Position numbers and translations under genes: made by a program
Shown here: positions 49,595 to 59,611 of the stretch, one piece after another
Layout of the letters: each line of letters begins with the position of its first letter
How positions within the stretch are numbered: position 1 is the first letter of the stretch
The notes under the pieces: generated by a model
The model's input: the letters and a program-made list of their open reading frames with translations, nothing else
Told to the model about the DNA's origin: nothing
Database searches by the model: none
Assembly (NCBI GenBank): GCA_963666975.2
Contig: CAXVYR010000004.1
Coordinates: 1,152,001 to 1,216,000 of the forward strand
Source: Terriglobia bacterium
GTDB lineage: Bacteria; Acidobacteriota; Terriglobia; 2-12-FULL-54-10
Length of the DNA stretch: 64,000 nt
Reading direction: 5' to 3'

Positions 49595-49723
49595 CCCGCG
49601 CGCGATACACCTCACCCATGCCGCCCGAGCCTATTGAACATTTCATAATATAGTGACATTTCCACAGGCTACAAAAGCCCTATAGAAGGCCGCCCAGCGA
49701 ATCTAAGTGTCACTATATTATGT

Positions 49724-51053
49724 CACTGCTGTCCGGCTAAAATTTCAGAACAGCCAACAAGTCTCATGAGAGCAAAAGGTTACGGGCATTGGAGCATTTT
49801 TCGATTTGAAATCCGCGAGGGCGAAAAATGGCTTTGAACGTAAAGACTGGGGTAGGCGACAGAAGAGTGCATGAACATCGGTCGCACCGTTTTCGCTCAG
49901 CTTATGGATCACGTGCCCTCGTACGAGTTTCACAAATGCGTCACGCGCTACCGTGGCGACGATCATCTGCGAAGCTTTTCTTGCTGGGACCAGTTTCTGG
50001 CGATGGCGTTCGCTCAGTTGACTTACCGCGAGAGTCTCCGCGACATCGAGGCGTGTCTGCGTTCCATGACCAGCAAACTCTACCACATCGGATTGCGCGG
50101 CAACGTGGCGCGCTCGACACTGGCCGATGCCAACGAGTCGCACGACTGGCGCATCTACGCGGACTTCGCCCAGGTGTTGATCGGCATCGCACGGCCTTTG
50201 TATGCGCGCGATCCGATCGGCGTCGATCTGGATCAGAGCCTGTACGCGCTGGACTCCACCACCATCGACCTCTGCCTCTCGCTGTTTCCGTGGGCACGAT
50301 TCCGCCAACACAAGGCTGCCGTCAAACTGCATACGCTGCTGGACCTGCATGGCAACATCCCCACGTTTCTCCGCGTCACGGCCGGTGCCGTGCACGATGT
50401 CAACATCCTCGACGAGATCGTTCCGGAAGCGGGCGCGTTCTACGTGATGGATCGCGGCTACATCGACTTCGAGCGACTCTTTGTCTTCACACTCTGCTCC
50501 GCATTTTTCGTCGTGCGGACGAAAGAGAACGTCTTGCTCCAACGCCGCTATTCTCATCCAGCAGACAGAACCAGCGGCTTGCGATCCGATCATACCGTGA
50601 TCCTGACCGGGAACGCCTCGGCCAGGGCATACCCCGATCCGCTACGGCGCGTTACGTACTTCGATGCAGAAACAAACAAGCGCCTGAAGTTTCTTACCAA
50701 CAATTTCGTGCTACCCGCACTCACTATCGCTCAAATCTACAAGTGCCGCTGGCAGGTGGAACTGTTCTTCAAATGGATCAAGCAGCACCTGCGAATCAAG
50801 GCATTCTATGGCACCAGCCAAAACGCCGTGAAGACTCAAATCTGGATCGCCGTTTCGATCTATGTACTCGTGGCCATTGTCCGGAAGCGTCTCGGTTTGG
50901 AAGCCAGCCTTTACCAAATTTTACAGATTCTCAGTGTTACTCTTTTCGAGAAAGTACCCATTTTACAGGCCTTGGAAGCATCGGGCTCCCCAGACGATTT
51001 AGTCAGAAATCCCAACCAGTTGATTCTGTTCGAGTTTTAACCGGACAGCAATG
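49724..51053 (+). mobile_element. IS4-family element (1330 bp)
   Basis: TIRs CACTGCTGTCCGGCTAAAA/CATTGCTGTCCGGTTAAAA; 9-bp TSD ATATTATGT at 49715-49723 and 51054-51062. Confidence 0.95.
49871..51040 (+). CDS. IS4-family transposase (DUF4372 N-terminus)
   Basis: ALDSTTIDL, VMDRGY, YKCRWQVELFFKWIKQHL (YREK). Confidence 0.95.
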   Translation: MNIGRTVFAQLMDHVPSYEFHKCVTRYRGDDHLRSFSCWDQFLAMAFAQLTYRESLRDIEACLRSMTSKLYHIGLRGNVARSTLADANESHDWRIYADFAQVLIGIARPLYARDPIGVDLDQSLYALDSTTIDLCLSLFPWARFRQHKAAVKLHTLLDLHGNIPTFLRVTAGAVHDVNILDEIVPEAGAFYVMDRGYIDFERLFVFTLCSAFFVVRTKENVLLQRRYSHPADRTSGLRSDHTVILTGNASARAYPDPLRRVTYFDAETNKRLKFLTNNFVLPALTIAQIYKCRWQVELFFKWIKQHLRIKAFYGTSQNAVKTQIWIAVSIYVLVAIVRKRLGLEASLYQILQILSVTLFEKVPILQALEASGSPDDLVRNPNQLILFEF

Positions 51054-51235
51054 ATATTATGTAAACCTCAATAAGTGGCTCAGGATTTCGTAAGCGCCCA
51101 AGTGCTGGACTGGAAAAACAACCACGTTATCGTCCTCGCCTGATTGGAACTGCTGGTAGATTACAGGAGGTGAAACGGCAAATCAATTGCTACGCAGGAA
51201 GGAGACCCCCAGGAAACAAGAAAAGCGAAAAGGGA

Positions 51236-51264
51236 TTGCACTGAAAGAGCGGGCAGCGTATGCT
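51236..51264 (+). promoter_or_regulatory. Probable original sigma70 promoter of the HU gene
   Basis: TTGCAC-17 nt-TATGCT, about 65 nt before the HU ATG once IS256 copy 2 is removed. Confidence 0.65.
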
Positions 51265-51323
51265 TTGCACTCACAATGACTGAAACCTGAAATTTTGAAT
51301 TTGACTAAATTTTTTCCTAAAGG

Positions 51324-52860
51324 GAAGGTGTCCCAAACTCAGTTGCAGGTTGGGACGGCGGGTTGAGTTCATATTACGCCACTTTCTCCTTGTGAGAGGA
51401 AGCAGCGTTTGGACTTCGGCCGAGAATCGATGCCAAAGCCCAGAGATCGTGATAACCCATGATCTTCCGGAAATTCTTCTCGGTCAGCAGAAACGCTCCT
51501 GCCACCCAGCGCAACGTCTCGCCGTCGCGCCAGCGGCAAACATTGCCAGTCTTTTTCCGCACGCCCGACTGCGGGCTCTCGATGAGGTTCGTGGTTGCCA
51601 GGCCTCATCTCGCCGTCGCGCCAGCGGCAAACATTGCCAGTCTTTTTCCGCACGCCCGACTGCGGGCTCTCGATGAGGTTCGTGGTTGCCAGGCAGCGGT
51701 GGAGGCTGGGAGGAACGTCGGCTCGATTGATCGTAAAGGTCTCCTCCAACCCTTCGCGCAAGCTGGCGGCTGCTGCCGGATGATCGCACTCGATCATCCC
51801 AGCGAGCTTTTTTATGCGCACGATGCCTTCCTCGGCTTGGGGCAATCGCCAGGCGGCGCGCATCAGCGACCGCACCTGATTCGCCAGCATTTTGTCGCCC
51901 TTTGGTAACCGCTCAGCCACGTTGCGCAGCTTATGAGTACGGCAACGCTGCACCAGCTGATTGCTGCCGAATACTTCCTCGATCCCCGCGCGGAGCGCTT
52001 TGGCGCCGTCGATCACAAACAGATAGCGCTGATCCGTGCGCAAACCTTGCTGGCGCAGGCGGGTGAGAAGGTCTTTCACCGCAGCGGCGTTTTCGGTCGC
52101 GCCCAGTTGAATCCCCAGCACATGCTTGCGGCCCTCGATGTCCACGCCCACGGCGCTGATGACGTGGTGGGAGCCGAACCGCATTCCGTCCAGGTAAATC
52201 ACCAGAATCTCGACCTCCTCCCAGCGCCGCGCCAACAGTTCTTCCAGCCGCCGCGCTCCTTGCTCGGCCGCTTCCCGGCTCACCTGAGACTTCGACACCC
52301 CAGCGCTGTTGGCCATCTCCGGGATCACCTCGCGGTAGTTCCGCGTCGAAACCCCTTTCAACAGTGCCTCGAACATCTCCTCGCCCGTCTTCTCGCTTTT
52401 CCGCAGTGCTTCGTAGGCCGGCACCGCTTCTTCCCCTCCGCCCTTCCGGCGCAGCCGGGGCCGCTCCACCCGCAGCTGGCGATCGGCCAGTTTCACCCTC
52501 CCCAATTGCCGGCCATGCCAGCGCACCTCTCCGCTCGCCTTCCCGGGACTCTTTGGCCCCGCGATTTGCTCTGCGCTCATGCTCAGAATCGTTTCAATCA
52601 AACCTCGCCCGGCCCGATCAATCACCTCATCCACCGCCAGACGCGCCTCCGTGATCAGATCCACCACCGGCAACAGCATCTGTCCGTTGGTTTGGCAAAA
52701 CTTCTGGATGGTTTCTTCGGCTCCCTTGGAACCCAGTTCCAAAACGTGATATTTTCCCTTCATTCGGCGGTTCTCCTTCTATAGGATTTAGGCTTGGCCC
52801 GATTCTATTCGATTCGGGCCGAACCGCCGTTCAACCTTCAACTATGTATGGGACACCCTC
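51324..52860 (-). mobile_element. IS256-family element, copy 2 (1537 bp, with 88-bp internal duplication)
   Basis: Same TIRs as copy 1; 8-bp TSD CCTAAAGG at 51316-51323 and 52861-52868. Confidence 0.95.
51369..52763 (-). pseudogene. IS256 transposase with frameshifted C-terminus
   Basis: Near-identical to copy 1 up to WRDGEM; 88-bp duplication at 51517-51604 shifts the frame. Confidence 0.85.
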
Positions 52861-52874
52861 CCTAAAGGAGGATT

Positions 52875-53201
52875 ATGGCTACAAAAAGGATGACTCAAAC
52901 GCAGTTGATTCGGCTTCTAGCCGAGCGTTGCGAGCTAAGCAATAAAACAGCGCGTCAGTTTATGGAGGCGTTGGCGGAAACCGCACTGAATGAAACCAAG
53001 AAGCAAGGCGTCTTCGTCCTGCCCGGCATCGGACGGCTGGTCAAGTCAAACCGCAAGGCTCGCATGGGACGAAACCCGGCCACCGGGGAGGCCATTAAGA
53101 TTGCTGCCAAGACCGTGGTGAAGTTCCGGGTTGCCAAGGCAGCCAAGGACGCCATTGCACCGACCAAAGCAAAGCCGAAAGCGAAGAAGAAAAAGAAGTA
53201 G
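52875..53201 (+). CDS. hup: HU family DNA-binding protein with Lys-rich tail
   Basis: LPGIGRL, RKARMGRNPATGEAIKI..K.VVKF; AAGGAGG RBS. Confidence 0.93.
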   Translation: MATKRMTQTQLIRLLAERCELSNKTARQFMEALAETALNETKKQGVFVLPGIGRLVKSNRKARMGRNPATGEAIKIAAKTVVKFRVAKAAKDAIAPTKAKPKAKKKKK

Positions 53202-53565
53202 CAGTGGCTCGAACCGCAAGCATTGACTATGGCGGGAGCCGCCCGTTCAACTCCCCCCCCAAAGCGCCCGTCTGTCCCGGAATGCCGTGCCGGTTTTCCA
53301 GGAAAGGCGAGTTTTGCAAGTGAGCACGCCTTTCGCCCAGCAACGGTACGACGGTCCGGAGATCCCGGAGGCACCCTTCTTCTCGGAAGAAGACCGGGGT
53401 CTGGACAACGTCAACAACGGATCGTGTTGTAGTTTTTTTCAGGTCCGGCTTTGAGAACTCTGCTGCCCTGCCAGGGCAGCCAGGAAACACTCACTGCCGG
53501 GCCCGCCGATCCATGCAAAGCCGCCGGGATTCCTGTCGAAATCGATTTTCCGTTGAATAAAAATT

Positions 53566-53616
53566 TGGTGGCGGCGACTAGACTTGAACCAGTGACCTAG
53601 GGATTATGAGACCCTC
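53566..53616 (-). repeat. Duplicated 3' part of tRNA-Met (att site of island)
   Basis: 48/51 identity to 62573-62623, from the anticodon arm to CCA. Confidence 0.92.
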
Positions 53617-53732
53617 TATAGGTCTCATGCACCACGGTGCGCGAATCTGCCGAAAAGCGCAATATAAGCTCAAGGCCGCTTATACACAGGCCTCCTTGAT
53701 GGGCCCATAGTACAGCAAGACGCCGATGGCCG

Positions 53733-53910
53733 CGCACTACCCACGTCATCGAGCGCTGTTTCATGGAGGTACGGCGCCGTACCCGACCCATGGTTTGCTT
53801 TGTCAATGTTCAGAGCGTGGAGCGAATCGTGTTCTCGATCTTTAACCGCATGAACCCACAACGGAAAAACCGTACCCTCCACCTTTTTACACATGCAGCT
53901 TGACATCACC
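53733..53910 (+). pseudogene. C-terminal relic of a second, unrelated IS256-type transposase with its end
   Basis: Hand translation RTTHVIERCFMEVRRRTRPMVCFVNVQSVERIVFSIF...FTHAA*. Confidence 0.7.
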
Positions 53911-53926
53911 CCTAAATGATCTGGGC

Positions 53927-53955
53927 TTGAGTCGACGGGGCCACAGGTGTAGAAT
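53927..53955 (+). promoter_or_regulatory. Putative sigma70 promoter of the SulP gene
   Basis: TTGAGT-17 nt-TAGAAT. Confidence 0.6.
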
Positions 53956-54013
53956 CGCGCCCCGTGCAGATATTGGAATCGGTAATTCCCTTTGAGATAA
54001 GAAACCTGTCAAC

Positions 54014-56269
54014 ATGCCGCCTTTAGTCCCCGTGGCTCAGCGAAGCTCCAGTCTCCCTTCGCAGAGATTCAGTCCCGCCCTGATCCTACCGGTTTTACTG
54101 ACGGGACTCATCGCCGCCACGGTTGTGATCACCTTCAGCATTTCCTTTAGCGGGCTCGTCTTCCCGGGGCCGCTGGCAGCCCATGCGTCGGCCGGTGTCG
54201 GGCTTGCGCTGCTTGGGACCGTCATTCTCAGCGTAGTGATTCCCTGTTTCAGCACCTATCCCGGTACGATTGGCGGCATCATCTCCTTGCCTGCCATTGC
54301 GCTTGGAGTGATTGCCACCTCGCTCGCCTCCACGGTGAGCAGCGACCAACTCCTGCCGACCATTTTCGTTTCCATCATGGCAGCCGGACTGTTTACCGGA
54401 CTGGCCATGTACCTTTTCGGGGTCTTCGATCTCGGCAAGATCGGGCAATACGTGCCGTACCCCGTGATCGGCGGCTTTATTGCCGGGCTGGGGATCATCC
54501 TGGTAAAGAATTCGCTTTCCTTCGGGCTCTCAGCCGATTTTAGCCTGGCCCGGATCGCTTCGCTCGACGCCGGCGGCATTCGGTTTCTCCTCTCCAACCG
54601 GGATCTGCTGCTGATTTCGCTTGTCGCTCTGGTCGGCATCTGGATATGGACTGCTGAAATGGCTGGATCCTCGAAATACAACATCCCTCTCATCCTGGCG
54701 GCGGTGACATCTGGCTTTTGGGTGATTACCTGGTATTTCGGCATCACGCCGGGGGAGTTACGGGAAGGGGGCTGGCTTCTGGGACCGTTTCCGGAAGGCC
54801 GCTTCTGGACACCGGCACAGAACTTTGCAGCGCTGGCCAATGCCGATTGGTTCGCCTTGTTTTGGGAGATACCTAAAATTCCGGTGGTCTTGCTGCTCGT
54901 TCTGATTCCTGCGCTGATGGATGCAAGCAGCTTGGAACTGGCCGTGAAGCAGGACATCGATCCCAATCGCGAGATCAAAGTTGCCGGTGCCGGAAACATT
55001 CTGTGCGGGCTGGCCGGCGGATTTCTGGGAGCAGCTTCCTTCAGCGCCACGACCATGGTCGCCAGGGCGCGTGTTCCTTACCGCATTGTGGGCCTGGTTT
55101 CGGCAACGTGCTGCAGTCTCGTTTTCTTTTTCGGGGCGGAAACGATATCGTACTTGCCGAAGTTTCCCATTGCCGGATTGTTGTTCTACATCGGCATTGA
55201 CTTCATGCGCGAGTGGCTCTATTCCTCCTACGGCAAAGTCTCGAAAGTTGACTACGCGACGATCCTGGCGGTTTTCTTTGTCGTCATCGTCTTCGGGTTC
55301 ATGGAGGGATTTTTCGTTGGCCTTGTTCTGGGATTTATTTTCTTCGTGCTGACCTACAGCAGCCTGCCCGTTGTACGCTATGCGACCACGGGAGCCTACC
55401 AGTTCAGCAATGTCGAGCACCCGGAACAAGACCGGAACTACCTGAAGAGCGTCGGTGAGCGCACGGTCATATTCAAACTGCAAGGGTTCATTTTTTTTGG
55501 AACCGCGCGAAGACTGCTCGACAGGGTGCGCGCGAAGATGACGGCGGCGGAACTGCCCCCGCTGGACTATCTGGTGCTCGATTTCAATCTAGTGGACGGC
55601 CTGGACTCTTCTGCGATGGTCAATTTCCAGAAGATCGTGCAGTACGCAGAGACCGGAGGATTTCTCCTCGTCCTTTCCCACTGTTCTCCGGAACTCACCA
55701 CCCGCTTCGCAAAACACGGGATTCGGAACGCTGATTCGCAGCACGTCGAACTCTTCCCCGACATGGACCGCTCCCTCGAATGGGTGGAACAAAGGCAAAT
55801 TGCGGTGCGGGACGCCAAAGGGCCGACGGGTGGAGGAAGTGGAAGCTCCCTCAAGGATCTATTCTCCTCGGCGGCGATCTATGACGCCTTACTCTCCTAC
55901 TGTGAAACTTGCACTTTCTCTTCCGGAGATTTTTTGGTCCGGCAAGGAGAGGAGGCCAACGATATTTTTCTGGTCCAGGAGGGTGAGGTGTCTGTGTACT
56001 TGGAGGTCGCGGATGGCAACCGGATTCGGCTGCGCAAGTATCTCGCGGGCACGGTGGTCGGCGAGGTGGCCATTTTGCTCGGTATTCGGCGCACCGCCTC
56101 GGTGATCGCCGGCACCAACATGACGGCCTATCGGCTGTCGCGGACCGCGATGGCGAGGATGAAGACGGAGCGGCCTGAGATCGTCGTGGAATTTGAGGAA
56201 GCCCTGCTGAAAATGACTGCCGCGCGTCTCCAAGATGGCAACAGACTCCTTCGCGAGTTGGCTGACTAG
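54014..56269 (+). CDS. SulP/SLC26 anion transporter with STAS and cNMP-binding domains
   Basis: YVPYPVIGGFIAG, LQGFIFFGTA STAS, LDSSA, C-terminal GEVA..RTASV. Confidence 0.92.
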   Translation: MPPLVPVAQRSSSLPSQRFSPALILPVLLTGLIAATVVITFSISFSGLVFPGPLAAHASAGVGLALLGTVILSVVIPCFSTYPGTIGGIISLPAIALGVIATSLASTVSSDQLLPTIFVSIMAAGLFTGLAMYLFGVFDLGKIGQYVPYPVIGGFIAGLGIILVKNSLSFGLSADFSLARIASLDAGGIRFLLSNRDLLLISLVALVGIWIWTAEMAGSSKYNIPLILAAVTSGFWVITWYFGITPGELREGGWLLGPFPEGRFWTPAQNFAALANADWFALFWEIPKIPVVLLLVLIPALMDASSLELAVKQDIDPNREIKVAGAGNILCGLAGGFLGAASFSATTMVARARVPYRIVGLVSATCCSLVFFFGAETISYLPKFPIAGLLFYIGIDFMREWLYSSYGKVSKVDYATILAVFFVVIVFGFMEGFFVGLVLGFIFFVLTYSSLPVVRYATTGAYQFSNVEHPEQDRNYLKSVGERTVIFKLQGFIFFGTARRLLDRVRAKMTAAELPPLDYLVLDFNLVDGLDSSAMVNFQKIVQYAETGGFLLVLSHCSPELTTRFAKHGIRNADSQHVELFPDMDRSLEWVEQRQIAVRDAKGPTGGGSGSSLKDLFSSAAIYDALLSYCETCTFSSGDFLVRQGEEANDIFLVQEGEVSVYLEVADGNRIRLRKYLAGTVVGEVAILLGIRRTASVIAGTNMTAYRLSRTAMARMKTERPEIVVEFEEALLKMTAARLQDGNRLLRELAD

Positions 56270-56499
56270 TGCGCCTGTCAAAAACTCCGGCCGCAGTTTA
56301 GCCCTGAGGAGGCCAACTGCCTCCGAGGCCTGGAATCCATCCCTTCCCCTAAAACCAGTTTCACAGCCCCAAGCTGTGATGTAGATTTTCACTGTCACTG
56401 GTACAAAATATCGGGCTGGGCAGACGCGGCTAAACTTTGGAATGTCTGTTGCCGATATATGCCTTTGTCCAGTCCTCGAACGAGACGGTCTATGGACAT

Positions 56500-57088
56500 G
56501 GGGCTGTCCTAGCTAAGGGTGATTCTGTCTCGATTTGATCCATGCAGCAGTGTCCGGTGGTTACATTGAAGCGCCATTCGCACAGGAAGAGGTGAAAACT
56601 CTGTTTGGGCACCCCTACGAAGATGCCGCTTTGCCTGGTTCCAGAAGTTCTGATCCCAATGTGGTTCCGTTCGTCGACGAACCGTTCCGAGTGGGATCCG
56701 AACGTGACACATCCAAATTCAGTCGTGTAGACGATGCTTCGGGCTGGATAGGCGCTCCTCTTGTTCGCATTGGGGACTCACCTAGACCCTTCTGCTTCAA
56801 AAGCCCGAAAACCGGGACTTTCCCGCCAGCACCACGACCGCGTTTGCCCTTGCGGCGACCACCGAAGTAACTCTCGTCCACTTCGATTTCGCCGCAAACC
56901 GAAGAGGCTTTCTGGGTCTCCTCGGCAATCACCGTGCGAATCCGTGTATAGAACGAAGCGGCCGTGTTCCGATGAACCCCGACAAGCTCAGCCGCCGCCC
57001 GTGCCGTCGTCCCGGCAACGAAGTGCTCCACCAACCGATCCCGCTTCGCCTTGCTCACTGCAGATACGGAACAATGTCTGCTACACAA
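56500..57088 (-). pseudogene. IS1595-family (IS1016-like) transposase relic
   Basis: EHFVAGTTARAAA, EVDESYFGG.RKGKRGRGA.GK.PVFGLLK; separate FHLFLCEWRFN remnant near 56565-56605; GGGGCTGTCCTAG end at 56500. Confidence 0.8.
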
Positions 57089-57101
57089 TTGACAATCGGA
57101 G

Positions 57102-57863
57102 GTGGGTCGTGAAATTCAGTCCCGAGCTCTCTTTTCGCTACTCTTTCTGCTTTCTTCCCTTAATGCTTCCGAAAAACCTCGGGTCTTTATTACTGACAGC
57201 GATTCTTGGGAGATGTCGGGAGGATTCGCTACGAGTGATGGGGTAGGCGCTGGTGCTTCCAGGGGCGGGGCTAGACCCCAAACCGGAGAAATCATGAAGA
57301 CGTTTGGAGAGCGTTGTCCTGGAATTACAGTTACGATAAACCAAGAGAAGGCAGACTACGTAGTGCTTCTCGATCATGAAGGGGGTAAGGGCGGCCTTAT
57401 GAGGGACAACAAGGTTGCTGTCTTTAACAGAGATGGCGATATGATCCACAGCGGATCAACCCGAAGTCTCGGCAATGCAGTAAAAGATGCCTGCCAAGCC
57501 GTTGCTAGTGCTCCTGTGGTTTTAAGAGAAGAGCGTAGAAGTTCCTTTCCTACAAATACTGGCGGTGCCTCCGTCTCGCTAATTTCAAGTGCGCAGCGGG
57601 TCGAGCCTGCCACCGTGGTTATCAAGTCCACACCAGAGGGGGCGGAAATTACTATTGACGGGAACTTTGTCGGGAGCACTCCCTCTACGCTCCAACTGAC
57701 TCCCGGAGATCATGAAATTGTAGTCCAAAAGAAAGAGGAAAGCCTGAGAAGTGTCGGGGTCGGGAAAGAAAGAATCCCTGTCAATTGGATGTGGCGGCGT
57801 ACCCTAACGGTAAATCCCGGCAGTATCATAACTGTTGACGCGACGCTTGAGAGAAAACAATAG
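57102..57863 (+). CDS. PEGA domain-containing exported protein
   Basis: IKSTPEGAEITIDG..VG.TP..L.LTPGDHEI motif; hydrophobic N-terminus. Confidence 0.8.
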   Translation: MGREIQSRALFSLLFLLSSLNASEKPRVFITDSDSWEMSGGFATSDGVGAGASRGGARPQTGEIMKTFGERCPGITVTINQEKADYVVLLDHEGGKGGLMRDNKVAVFNRDGDMIHSGSTRSLGNAVKDACQAVASAPVVLREERRSSFPTNTGGASVSLISSAQRVEPATVVIKSTPEGAEITIDGNFVGSTPSTLQLTPGDHEIVVQKKEESLRSVGVGKERIPVNWMWRRTLTVNPGSIITVDATLERKQ

Positions 57864-58182
57864 GACTCTCTTCATACGATTTTTTTGTTCGGCACTTTGC
57901 TGTTGATATGTCCACGGACTTTAAGAGTCATTAAGCAAATTGTGAGCGTGCTTCCGCAATCTAGTGTTGTTAAGGCTTGCCTATCTCCAACAAACAAAGT
58001 GGCTTATTCTGTATTTGCCGCACTTCAGGACTGCTAGCGCCATTTCTTGCCCGGAAACAGATCGTTGATTTGCGCCGCAGGGCCGAATTCAGCGCCCCGA
58101 CGGTCCTGGACTTTTCCCTCCGGGGTCTGGCACTCCTCACCTATGCCGCCAGACTCGAAAGAAAAATCAACCTCGCCAGTAA

Positions 58183-59484
58183 TTACTGCGATGTCTCGCC
58201 GGTCCACCGTGCCCTCAAGGCGGCGCGGTCAACTTCCGTTCCGCGGAGATAGACTGCGGCGATTCGCCGCGTATTCGTGATGTCGTCGAGCGGATTCGCG
58301 TCCAGCACGATGAAGTCCGCGCTCTTGCCCGCTTCCACCGTGCCGACGTCAGTGAGTTGCAGCAGGTCGGCCGAGTTGCGGGTCGCAGCCGTGATGACCT
58401 GAGCCGGCGTCATTCCCGCCGCCACCATGTTCGCCATCTCGACATGCGGCTCCCAAGGGATGCTACCGTCGGTGCCAAAGGCGATCCGAACGCCCGCCGC
58501 ATGGAGCTTTGCCAGATTGCGTGCCTGGATTCCGAACGTCTCCTGGACGGCCGGGCGGTCCGTGCTCGCCTCCTGAAGTTGCTGCAACTCTTCGGCGGGG
58601 ACGGTCTCGCCGAGCCAGCTCATGTCCACGGCCACTCCTCGATCGGGAAGGTTCGGCACGAGGACCACGTTCGGGCGCTCCCGGAACAGCTCGACGATCT
58701 CCTCGTCGATATCCCTGTCCCGGACTCCATGAGCGAATGCGTCGACGCCCGCCCGGAGGAGCCCCTTCGCATCCTCGAGCACGAAGATATGGGCCGTGAC
58801 GCGGAGGTTGTGCTTGTGGGCCTCGTCGATGATCGCGCCATACAGCGTTGGGCTCAATTTCTCGTACTGGCCATTTCGGTCGTCGACCCAGATCTTGACC
58901 AGATCGACCCTCCTCTCGGCCAGTTCCTGGACGGCCGTCCGGGCCTCGTCTTCGCTCGTGATCCAGTACGGGACCTCCGAACGCCCCGGCTCCGGCCCCG
59001 TAAGGCCGCGTCCTGCGGTGAGCAATCGCGCGGCGTTGGGGATCGTTTCTTCCCGCAGATGGAACGCCAGATCGCCTTCATCCTGGCCGAGGCTTATCGC
59101 TGCGCCGACCCCGTAGTACGCCAACTGCTGCAACAGATCGACGATTTCCTCTCGAGTCCCCCTCATATGCTTGTGAGTGTCAATCACCGCCGGCATGACG
59201 GTCTTGCCGGTTAGATCCACGTGCGCCGCGCCCGCCGGAACGTCGAGCTGCCCTCTTTGGCCGACAGCGGTGAACCGATTATTCTCAACGATGAATATGG
59301 CATTCTCGATGGGCTCGCTGCCGTCCCCGACAATGAGCCGCGCCCCCTCGAACACCGTCACGGCTGTCGCCTGCGGTGACTCGACCGTCTCTGGCGTTGA
59401 ACAACCCGTCGACAAGAAGACGGCGATAGAAAATAGACCCGCAAGGAACTTCACATGGCGCGATTCCGAATTTACGCGGTGCAT
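58183..59484 (-). CDS. Amidohydrolase family lipoprotein
   Basis: Lipobox STG-C; MPAVIDTHKH, VTAH, AFGTD, GTVEAGKSADFIVL; AGGAGG RBS. Confidence 0.9.
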   Translation of the reverse strand: MHRVNSESRHVKFLAGLFSIAVFLSTGCSTPETVESPQATAVTVFEGARLIVGDGSEPIENAIFIVENNRFTAVGQRGQLDVPAGAAHVDLTGKTVMPAVIDTHKHMRGTREEIVDLLQQLAYYGVGAAISLGQDEGDLAFHLREETIPNAARLLTAGRGLTGPEPGRSEVPYWITSEDEARTAVQELAERRVDLVKIWVDDRNGQYEKLSPTLYGAIIDEAHKHNLRVTAHIFVLEDAKGLLRAGVDAFAHGVRDRDIDEEIVELFRERPNVVLVPNLPDRGVAVDMSWLGETVPAEELQQLQEASTDRPAVQETFGIQARNLAKLHAAGVRIAFGTDGSIPWEPHVEMANMVAAGMTPAQVITAATRNSADLLQLTDVGTVEAGKSADFIVLDANPLDDITNTRRIAAVYLRGTEVDRAALRARWTGETSQ

Positions 59485-59611
59485 AGAAACCTCCTGCCTG
59501 AGACTGAATTTGCGATTGTCAGCGAAACCTCGAACGGCTCTGCTCGCGCATGGATGCCGCCAATATTTCCCCGTTCCCTGAACCGGGATGGCGTCATAGG
59601 CACGGCTGGCA

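Larger units (their letters stand above)
49634..51071. mobile_element. 99-bp MITE-like element flanked by TA, interrupted by the IS4-family element
   Basis: TIR core CATAATATAGTGACA (49644-49658)/TGTCACTATATTATG (49708-49722), outer TTGA/TCAA, TA at 49632-33 and 51072-73. Confidence 0.7.
48091..51125 (-). pseudogene. Ser/Thr protein kinase relic split by three insertions
   Basis: Removing the elements gives VVVFPVQHLGAYEILSHLGSGGMGEVYRARDNIAIADELEAADGT*. Confidence 0.75.

Noticed and set aside
49098-49646. 182-aa ORF starting with a kinase motif
   Set aside because: Chimera of MITE end, kinase remnant and antisense IS256 sequence.
49700-51067. Chromosomal dif site (TTATGTAAACC resembles a XerD arm)
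   Set aside because: No XerC-like arm at the right spacing; the TA-flanked inverted-repeat element explains it better.
48146-52860. Composite transposon formed by the two inverted IS256 copies
   Set aside because: Each copy has its own matching 8-bp TSD, so they inserted independently and the middle has not inverted.
56535-56870. 111-aa plus-strand ORF
   Set aside because: Spans IS1595 remnants on the opposite strand; the middle ~170 bp is unexplained but too short to call.
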